Program-made: the position numbers and the translations under genes
The notes under the pieces: generated by a model
Told to the model about the DNA's origin: nothing
Databases searched by the model: none
What the model saw: only the letters and a program-made list of their open reading frames with translations
Shown here: positions 54,094 to 64,000 of the stretch, one piece after another
How positions within the stretch are numbered: position 1 is the first letter of the stretch
Layout: every line of letters starts with the position of its first letter
Source: Eledone cirrhosa
Lineage: Eukaryota
Assembly (NCBI GenBank): GCA_964016885.1
Contig: OZ024743.1
Coordinates: 277,636,001-277,700,000 of the forward strand
Direction of reading: 5' to 3'
DNA length: 64,000 nucleotides

Positions 54094-54175
54094 ACTCCCT
54101 GATGACGTAAGGACTTCTCTATAGTTGCATTACGTAACTATATTTATTCCCTTACAGAAACTAATTAGTAGGAGT
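54094..54175 (+). ncRNA. Type I hammerhead ribozyme (family B, copy 2) in element 53960-54350
   Basis: ACTCC-CTGATGA-cGTAAGG...CCTTACa-GAAA-CTAATTAG-TA-GGAGT; inverted end 53960-54028 vs 54168-54238. Confidence 0.85.
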
Positions 54176-54816
54176 GAACATTTTAGTAAGTAAGTTAATT
54201 TTTAATTTTTAAAATTTTCTTATTTTACGTCTTTCATATAATTGTTCTGCACCCCGCTGCATAGAACCACAAAGGTACTAAGACATAACATATCTATTTG
54301 CTAGCATGGGTATACATCTGTATACATATGTTGGTAGATATACTAATTCTCTCTCTCTCTATATATATATATATGTATATATATATCACCTTGATCACCT
54401 TCACCGACCAGCCTGTCGGGCGCCAATTAGCGCCGCTGGTCACAGCAAGTCGTGCTGTTTTAGCCATAAGATAACGCCATCCCACTGGATGGGTGGGTAG
54501 GCCGGTACTCATTTCTACAGCTGAGTAAACTGGAGCAACGTGAAATAAAGTGTCTTGCTCAAGGAAACAACACATCACCCGGTCCGAGAATTGAACTCAC
54601 AACCTTTCGATTGCAAGCTTTAACCACTAAGCCATGCGCCTTCACATGTATATATATACTCTTTTACTCTTTTACCTGTTTCAGCCATCCGGCTGAGGCC
54701 ATGCTGGGGCACCGCCCTTGGAAAATGTGTGAGATCCTTGGTACAGTTAGGTATATTTGAAAAAAAGGAAAAGAATGACTTCACTTTTAGTTCTAAACAA
54801 ATTGATTTGATTTTAT

Positions 54817-54968
54817 AATTGCTTCTACTTTAGGCACAAGGCCAGCAATTATCAGTACATTATCAGTACATAACCTCGGCAGGATTTGAACACAGACTGT
54901 AAAGGGACGTAACTATGCTAAAAAGCATGGCGTCAGTCCCTCTACCGATACTGCCAATCCACCGCCCT
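54817..54968 (-). mobile_element. OK-like SINE (internally deleted)
   Basis: Reverse-complement SINE match. Confidence 0.8.
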
Positions 54969-55114
54969 TGATTTTATTTTATAATATACTATTATGAGTA
55001 GGTGGATCTAGTAAGTTCGGTGGGAAGATTTTTAAAGAATCCTGGTTAACTTTCCTGGAGAACTTTCTCGCATTCGTCGATGACGATTGTCAAACTGATA
55101 TATATATATATATA

Positions 55115-55978
55115 TTCGATTAATTGGTGAAATATATTTCTTTACTGGAATATATACAGGGAAGATTAATCATATTATAAGGTATCTATTTTTGAAGTTC
55201 TAGTTAACTTTATTTAGTTACCTACCTAGCTATGTGTAAAAATTATCCCCTGTGATTGTTTCATATGTTTATTTATATGTTAATCAATTTCTAGTTGTTA
55301 TAAAATGCTCGAACCTATTCATTAGAATCTTGGAGCTTATTTTACGGGTGATATGGCGCATGCCTTTCTGGCATGATACCCATAATTTTGGTTTAGATTA
55401 AATTCACTTTGATTTATCTTAATTTTGGATATAGATATATAAATACGGCTCCTTAATTGTAGAGCTAACTCTGCTGAAAGGACTTTACTGCTGTTTCTAG
55501 TTGTCGATAACCCTATTCACGCCACTGGGAGGAAGCTGGTATGATGTGTGTATTTTTAGTAGATACAGCACGTGTTACTGGCCAGTCGCTGATTTGAACT
55601 TGGACTTCTTCCCTGTTGAAAATCCAAGTATCGGCCTCCGTGGTTTACCATTCGATTAATTGGTGAAGTATATTTCTTTAATGGAATATATACAGTGAAG
55701 ATTAATCATATTATAAGGTATCTATTTTTGAAGTTCTAGTTAACTTTATTTAGTTACCTACCTAGCTATGTGTGCTTACACACTTGTAAAATTTATCCCC
55801 TGTGATTGTTTCATATGTTTATTTATATGTTAATCAATTTCTAGGTATTATAAAATGCTCGGACCTATTCATTAGAATCTTGGAGCTTATTTTACGGGTG
55901 ATATGGCGCATGCCTTTCTGGCATGACACCCATCATTTTGATTTAGATTAAATTCACTTTGATTTATCTTAATTTTGC

Positions 55979-55982
<4 letters not shown>
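55115..55982 (+). mobile_element. Retrozyme-like ~536-nt unit, 1.6 tandem copies between (TA)n arrays
   Basis: TTCGATTAATTGGTGAA recurs at 55115 and 55651; ~330 bp duplicated. Confidence 0.85.
55608..55700 (+). ncRNA. Hammerhead ribozyme with U3-A8 core spanning the tandem junction
   Basis: CTTCCCTG-TTGAAAA-tCCAA...TTGGt-GAA(A/G)-TATATTTC..GGAATATA-TA-CAG(G/T)GAAG; the intact 3' half (GAAA, CAGGGAAG) is seen in copy 1 at 55129-55164. Confidence 0.72.
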
Positions 55983-56062
<80 letters not shown>

Positions 56063-56203
56063 TATATGTTGGTTGTATACCAACATCTCAGTATGCAGAT
56101 TGGAGCACTCGACGAAGTGCGCAGGTTGGTTTGCTTACTCCGGAGTAATGTAAAATAAACTAAAATAAATAAGTCAAATATTTAAAATTTGGCTTCGTTT
56201 ATT

Positions 56204-56258
56204 ACTTCTATATATATTTCGGTGACAGCCATCTTTGACTGTGACCTCTTCAGGCAGT
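56204..56258 (-). ncRNA. Type I hammerhead ribozyme
   Basis: ACTGC-CTGAAGA-GGT(cacagtc..gctgtc)ACC-GAAA-TATATA-TA-GAAGT; one stem I mismatch. Confidence 0.7.
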
Positions 56259-56484
56259 CCGAATTACTGTGGTAGAGACGAGTACACATGTTGTTGAGGT
56301 GTTTAACTTTGTCAATACTCAGATATGCCCAGTTCCTGGTTGGGTTGTTATTTCGCCGAGGAACAGGAATCAATTAGTTGGAGTGAAATTTTAGTAAGTT
56401 AATTTTTATAATTTTCTTATTTTACGTCATTCATATATATATATATATATATATATATAGTTTTAATATAGATGAGATTCTACA

Positions 56485-56544
<60 letters not shown>

Positions 56545-56720
56545 TCACCGATACACGCACCAATTTCTCTGGGAATGTCAGAGGTCGATACAGTTTGGCA
56601 CCAGTGACATCGCAGCTCAAATACTTTTCTAGTTGAGTGAACTGCACCCATATGAAAAAAGTGTCTTGTTCGAGGCATAAACAAATAAATATATATATAT
56701 ATACACACATACAATAGACT

Positions 56721-56978
56721 GTTGTTCAAAGGCCCTCAACTCTTCGATAAGCTGGCTAGGGTTTAAGAGATCTTCATGGTCTGGACGTGGATGTTTTCAA
56801 GAAACATCCCGACACCCTGCTATCCAGGATCCCGTATGAGCCCACATAACGGTACGAAGGTAACCTAAGGGCAACAGCAACGAACTCCCTCTTACACCAA
56901 TGGCCAGCCAACGCAGACTGGAGATAGAATGTGTAGCAGCCTCTGTTGGATGGCTGGAACAGGTAAAAGAGTAAAAGT
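56721..56978 (+). mobile_element. CR1 LINE 3' fragment
   Basis: Aligns to 39575-39860; same tail also at 54659-54720 (minus). Confidence 0.85.
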
Positions 56979-57424
56979 GTATACATACATATGTGCGTGT
57001 GTGTGTACATATGGTAATGAAAAGGAACAGATAAAAATAGGAAATATAGCAAAAGATACAGATAGAAATACTTAATATATATATAGAAAGAGAGCTAGTA
57101 AGTGAGGTGGAGAAACCTACTGATAGACAGAAAGAAACTAGAGAAATAAAGAAAGATAGAAAGTAATACAGATAGTTAATGTATGAGCTGGAATGAAGTA
57201 AATATGATATGTAAATCTTATAGTGTAGGGATGTTAAGTCCAGCCAATACCTGAACGTTGGCGTTGGTGATAAAACATGGAGTTTCCTTATTTCTTTGTT
57301 AACAAGACGCTATTCACAGGATTCCTATTTACTATTCTGGTATTCATAAGATCTTGTTTTAAGCAGCATCGCATTTATTCCTCTCGTCTGCTTTTAAATT
57401 CAAACGTCGCCATCATTTCTACAC

Positions 57425-57528
<104 letters not shown>

Positions 57529-57882
57529 GGTACGTATATATATATATATCTGTGCGTATGTATGGATATTCCATTTCTTTAAAAAATGAAAAGATTACTG
57601 TATGGGCGCTGTCACCGTTTTTCTCAGGTCTATTGAGCTGTTTTTGTCTATCCTCTATCTTTTTCTTATTGTTCATATATTTTTCTATGTGACTGTGTAT
57701 ATCTAAAAAAAATGTATGTATAAATATTTGTATGATATAAGAATGCATATATGTATGTATGCACATATGTATATGTATATATATATGCATAGATATATAT
57801 ATATATCTATAAACATGTACATATATATTTCTAAATACATATTCAAAGACACATATATTCATACACGCACACAGATATATAC

Positions 57883-57939
<57 letters not shown>

Positions 57940-58416
57940 TATATGATATATATATATATATATGCATACATACATATATTTATAGCATACATATATATAT
58001 TTGTGTATATACATACGCTCACACGCACACACCCACACATGCACATACATATATATACATATAGAAATATATATACCTAGACTTATATATTTATATATAT
58101 GTATATGTATGCTTCTATATCAGTGTATGTCTATTTTCGTTTGTGTGAGTGTCTTCTTGTTGGCGTGTGTGAGTGCATCTATCATATATGGAAACACAAA
58201 CGGATATAAACAAACGCACGCAAACCGGCATGTCCATAAATATATAAATCATTTGCATTAGCACACACGTATATAAAATTATGTATCGACACGTAGGCAT
58301 CTCAAATTTGATTGTAAGGTCCATATGCTTACATATATATATATATTTATATATATATTCATATATATATACACACCCACCCATATGTATGTATGAATGC
58401 GTGTATGTACGGTATG

Positions 58417-58672
<256 letters not shown>

Positions 58673-59080
58673 TTATTTTATGCTAGTGATGAAAGGAGTA
58701 TATATGTGCTCATGTATATGTATTGGTAAATACATAAGTGTACTGTTTATATAATAGTGTGTATGCACATCCATGGACCCATAATTTATGCATAAATAGA
58801 TGAACACTTTTCATAATAACTCTGTATGTCATGTCATGCCATTTATGTGACCTAGATGTGGCTGTGCGTACTGGGTATTTGCAAGTATTTCTCTCTCTTA
58901 TTTTTATGCATACTGATCTGAAGCTATTGTTTTCCTTAGACCATATATGACTGGAAAAAACGAGAACCGTATTTTGCATATTTTCCCCAACACAACTACC
59001 ATCAGCAATCATCTGTACCGCTTCGGAGAACCGCCGCCACCGCCGGCACCACCACCACCACCACTAACACCAACCACCAA

Positions 59081-59111
<31 letters not shown>

Positions 59112-59397
59112 TACAACTAACGCAACCACCAACACCATCATCACCACCAACATCACCAACACCAACATCACCACCACCACCACCACCACCACCACCACCA
59201 CCACCACCACCACCACCACCAACACCACCACCAACAACAACAATTACAACTAACGCAACCACCAACACCATCATCATCACCAACATCACCAAAACCACCA
59301 CCACCACCACCACCACCACCACCACCAACCACCATCAACAACAACAACGTCAACTACAACTAACGCAGCCACCACCACCACTACCATTATGAAGAGC

Positions 59398-59755
59398 CAC
59401 CACCACCACCACCACCACCACCACCACTAGGACCACCAAAACATCCACCTCCACCACCACCACCACTAGGACCACCACCACTAGGACCACCAAAACATCC
59501 CCCTCCACCACCACCACCACTAGGATCACCAAAACATCCACCTCCACCACCACCACCACTAGGACCACCAAAATCTCCACCACCACCACCACCACCACCA
59601 CCACCACCACCACCACTAAGACCACCAAAACCTCCACCACCACCACCACCACCACTAGGACCACCAAAACCTCCACCATCACCACCACCACCACTAGGAC
59701 CACCAAAACCTTCACCACCACCACTACCACCACCACAACCACTACCACCACCACT
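59398..59755. repeat. (ACC)n minisatellite with TAGGACCACCAAAAC anchors
   Basis: Direct reading; minus frame gives GGFGGPSGGG repeats. Confidence 0.85.
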
Positions 59756-60500
59756 TGTGTTATATTTCTTGAGGTTAGTATCTAGGGTTAGATTATCTAG
59801 TATGTTGTTTCCCTTTATAAAGATGTTATGTATGATTTGAAGATCCATGTAATCAACTAAAGCTATACACTAAATTTAAAGGCATTGTCCTTATGTGAAA
59901 ATCAATTGTTTGCTTACATCAATCAATGACCTTTTGGTTGAAATCAACCTGTCTAAACTTCCACACAATACGAGGGTCAAAGTTCATAAGCTGACCAAAG
60001 ATACTCTCATGGAATGATCAAATGCGGTTTATTTTTCAACATAGCCGTTGGAAAGAAACAATGCAATTATTAATAAGAAAAGATAAAACTGATGCATGCA
60101 ACATTTCACAGTTCTAGCAACATTCCTTCATAGTCAGCCGAAGAACAGTTCAGCCCACACTCATAAAGCAATTAAGGGGTTTGATACAACAAAATACCAT
60201 GTATAGGCGAATACGTTTAATATTTTTCTCTATCATCAATTAATGTACAAAAGATATGCTAGTCACAGACCCCGCTCCTCATAAAAAACTCTTCTCATTT
60301 CCTCCCACACCCTCCAATTTGCAAGCCAAAATCATTTTCTTGATGGTCTCCATATCATTATACTACCCCACCCCCACCGTTATCTGTCTATGATAACCTT
60401 ACTCTAATCATCACAACTCAATATTTTCCCTGTAATCTATTATTCTGAAGCAATTTTCCGTGAGCAAACCTACGCGCATCGAATCCACTCTATTTCACTA

Positions 60501-60541
60501 CAGTCTGAGGAGACAGCTTAGGCGAAACCTTGAGGTCGTTG
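60501..60541 (+). ncRNA. Degenerate type I hammerhead ribozyme
   Basis: CAGT-CTGAGGA-GAC(agctta)GGC-GAAA-CCTTGAGG-TC-GTTG; wobble stem I, one stem II mismatch. Confidence 0.55.
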
Positions 60542-60678
60542 AAAACTTATTCTTTTAATTTTTGAATTTACTGGTTTCAAGTATTGAGTTCCTTTTGAAA
60601 TAATGTTTTGGAGATTGAAATACTCTGTTATATATAATATACATTATAATCATACACATACTCAAAAATGCACGCTCA

Positions 60679-60709
<31 letters not shown>

Positions 60710-61062
60710 GCACACACACACATACGGAAAATTGGTGGAGTCGCTAAAATGGTTTGTATTAATGGCGGCTCTCTACTCGCTGAGTTCAAATCCCACTGTG
60801 GTTAACTTTGCTTTTCATCTTTTGGCGGTTGATAAAAATAGAAGTACCAGTCTAGTACTGGAGTCCATTGTTCCTCTATATTTTTTATTCACTTCCATTG
60901 TCTTACTCTCTATCCTTCTCGGGAAGAAATCTACTGTATACCCACCTAGAAAGGAGATGGGCTCCACCGATATTTAAAATACCCAAAGAAGCGCAGTATG
61001 TCAATACGACACCCCTCCTATTTCATCTGGAGTTACGGGACATGCATGCACACACACACACG

Positions 61063-61133
<71 letters not shown>

Positions 61134-61997
61134 CTGTGTGTGAGAGTGTGTGTTTGTATGTGTGTGTGTATGTGTGTGCGTGTATGTGTATATGTATGTA
61201 TATATATATACATATACACATATAAAGAAAGGGAATTGGGGCAAAAGAAACTTAGATCTTCATTTGTTGTAATGTTCTTAAAAATGCTTTTGAAGATATG
61301 CATTAGAAACATGGCGTAAATGGTCGAGAATTCCAGAAGAAGCGAAAGTATGAAAAACAAAATACATAAATAAATGTATATATATGTAAATAAATAAATA
61401 AATTAGTCACACAATAAATTCATATTCTTGTTGCAACAGACTTTTGATTACATAAGTGGAGATATACAACTAGTACAAAACAGTAAAAAGGAGGAGGAAA
61501 TCCCCACCATCACCCCTAAGATAGAAAAAATGAAGAATTTAACTGAGTAAACACAAAACTGATGAATAGGTGCGATTCTTTAACTCGTGACAACTCGTTG
61601 AGATGTGGATATTTTGCGGCGTCTTTTGAAGTCGGAGACTTTTGCTTATTCTCTTTCGTCTTATACTCTTTCGCCATCAACGAATTGAACATTTATTCCT
61701 TCCCTAACTATAATTTTATTTCATTCTATTTCGTGTGTGTGTGGGGAGGAGGTCTGTGTCTGTGCTTGTCTGTGCGCGTTTGTATATGTGTGTGTGTGTT
61801 AATTATTTTAGTTTTTCTTTTCCTTATATTTCAACAATCCAGATGGCTAACAGAATGTATTCTCTGAGAAGTACGAAAGTACGCTTGAGTTATAAAATGA
61901 CAGCTTTCGGTACGAAATAATGATTCAATATAATTAGGTAGCTTTGTAAAGCTGCTTGGCCTCGTTATCTGCGCCCCCCAAACTAATAAATAAATAT

Positions 61998-62219
61998 AAT
62001 TGTTTCTACTTTAGGCACAAGACCAGCAATTTGAAGGGGAGGGGAAAGTCGATTAAATTCGACCCCAGTGTATTACTGGTACTTTATTTTATCGACTCCG
62101 TAAGGATGAAAGGCAAAGCTAACCTCGGCGGGATTTGAACTCAGACCGTAAAGGGCTATAATTCTATGCTGCAAAGCATTGTGCCTGACGCTCTGCCGAT
62201 ACTGCCAATCCATCGCCCT
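61998..62219 (-). mobile_element. Full-length OK-like SINE (older diverged copy at ~60730-60870, +)
   Basis: Reverse-complement SINE match; TAATAAATAAAT target duplication. Confidence 0.88.
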
Positions 62220-62855
62220 ATTAATAAATAAATCAAAATAAAGAGATCCCATTACAAGACGTGAAAGATTATATTGGAGAGAACAACAAATAAATTTATC
62301 GTATTTACTTATACATTATACTTGAAGTGCCACATAGAACTAGGTCTTTGGATTCGTGCTACATGATTCTATTAAATATTTCTTGATGAAAAAAATAACA
62401 AAAAAGAAAGAAAACAAGAAAAACTGATAAACATTCGATTTTATGAGTTGCAAGAAGTGTTACTATCTCCCGAGACTCCGTCTTAACCACCATGCCAAGC
62501 CCTTCCGCCACCAGAACGCCATCCAACTGAAAATTCTTCCCTACACATCTGATTTTTATTTTTGAGTCAACTACTTGCAACTCTTAAAATCGGAGGAGAG
62601 ATAAATATATCGGAAGTGCTTGGGTTGAGCTGGAAGTAGATTATCCAACTTTGAAGAGAATAGGAACCTCTAATAGCAGTGGAAATGGTTGAAAGACGAG
62701 AAAGCACGTATGTGATCAAAAGATTGGTGTATGTCGGTGTATGTGTGGTAGCAACACCGATGCGAATCAGAGTTTCATCTCACTTTCGTAAATGGGTAGT
62801 AGATTTCGGCGGTGGTATTCACGTATATTCCTGGTCCGAAGAGAAAACCAGTCAT

Positions 62856-62948
62856 TGTAATATCTTCTGACGAGTGTACACATTCAGCAAAGTAAAGTTA
62901 GTATGACTTTACTTTGTTGAATGTGTACACTCGTCAGAAGATATTACA
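62856..62948. repeat. ~43-bp-arm hairpin containing CTGACGA
   Basis: TGTAATATCTTCTGACGAGTGTACACATTCA(G/A)CAAAGTAAAGT mirrored. Confidence 0.85.
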
Positions 62949-63409
62949 GTGATAGTGTCACTCGGTATTTAGAACAAGCTTAAGGTGTGTTGTATGCTCT
63001 TCATATTCCCTTGATATGAGTAATAATTGAGCCCTTGTTTCATTGGAGGAGTCATGTTAGGCCCGACTCCGTTAAAGGATTGTTTTCGAGATCTCAGTTC
63101 ATAGAGATTCTGAAAAGGTCAAGGTTGCATGTCGATGATACTTCGGGTGGACGCAGAAGTTTAGAGAGGAATGACGGGCAATATCCTCTGTATATGAACA
63201 CCACCATCATCTGACCCCCCCCCCCCCCCCCACACACACACATCAACAATAACAACAAAAACACCACAATCACTCACAACAACAACAAACTGTGTTAGGC
63301 CTGTATAGACAGACGTATATACAGATATATATCTATGTTTCAGTTTGTAGCTAAGCTATGCTAAACGAGAGGTGCCCACAATAGTTCACTCTGGGATCAA
63401 ATCTAAAAG

Positions 63410-63505
<96 letters not shown>

Positions 63506-63600
63506 TCATACACAGGCGCAGTTTCTGTACATATATATATGCGTATCTATCTATTTATACATACATACATACCTATATATTATGTATATGTATGGGCATG

Positions 63601-63673
<73 letters not shown>

Positions 63674-64000
63674 GTGTGTGTGTGAGTGTGTGTGTGTGTG
63701 TGTACAGGCACATTCATGAACTTTTGAACATGTATGTGTATAAGTCTATGTGTGTATGTACATGTAAAAGCATTTGTGTGTGAATGTATGTGCGTGTTAT
63801 GTATAATGTGTATTTGTGTGAGGGCACACATGAATGCGAACAAGGAATAACAAAGGAAGAGTGATTTGAGGAGAGATAAAATGAAAATAACAAAATAAAT
63901 ATAACAAAACATGGAAACAATAACAATAACAGCAGCAACAACAACGGCGACAACAACAAAACAAGAGGAAGTGTGTGGATCACATTTAAATAGATAATAT

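Overview
Repeat-dominated eukaryotic DNA, almost certainly an octopod cephalopod (many OK-type tRNA-derived SINEs, dense (TA)n/(CA)n/(CAT)n microsatellites). I found no supportable host protein-coding gene: most ORFs in the track are microsatellite translations or decayed transposon ORFs. Identifiable elements are two decayed Penelope-like elements (RT + GIY-YIG, Naiad-type motifs), CR1, RTE/RTE-X, R4/Dong and Tx1 LINE fragments, a hATm remnant, mariner pieces, two putative non-autonomous Helitrons and ~16 OK-like SINEs. The main unannotated signal is about ten sequence-unrelated families of short elements, each carrying a type I hammerhead ribozyme (HHR) fold that I paired by eye. Most sit in or against (TA)n arrays and have an inverted end duplication. 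Three occur as head-to-tail partial tandems with monomers of 321, 481 and ~536 nt, i.e. retrozyme-like units plausibly mobilised by the resident Penelope-like elements through self-cleaving and possibly circular RNA. All folds and alignments were done manually; element boundaries are approximate and no database search was run.
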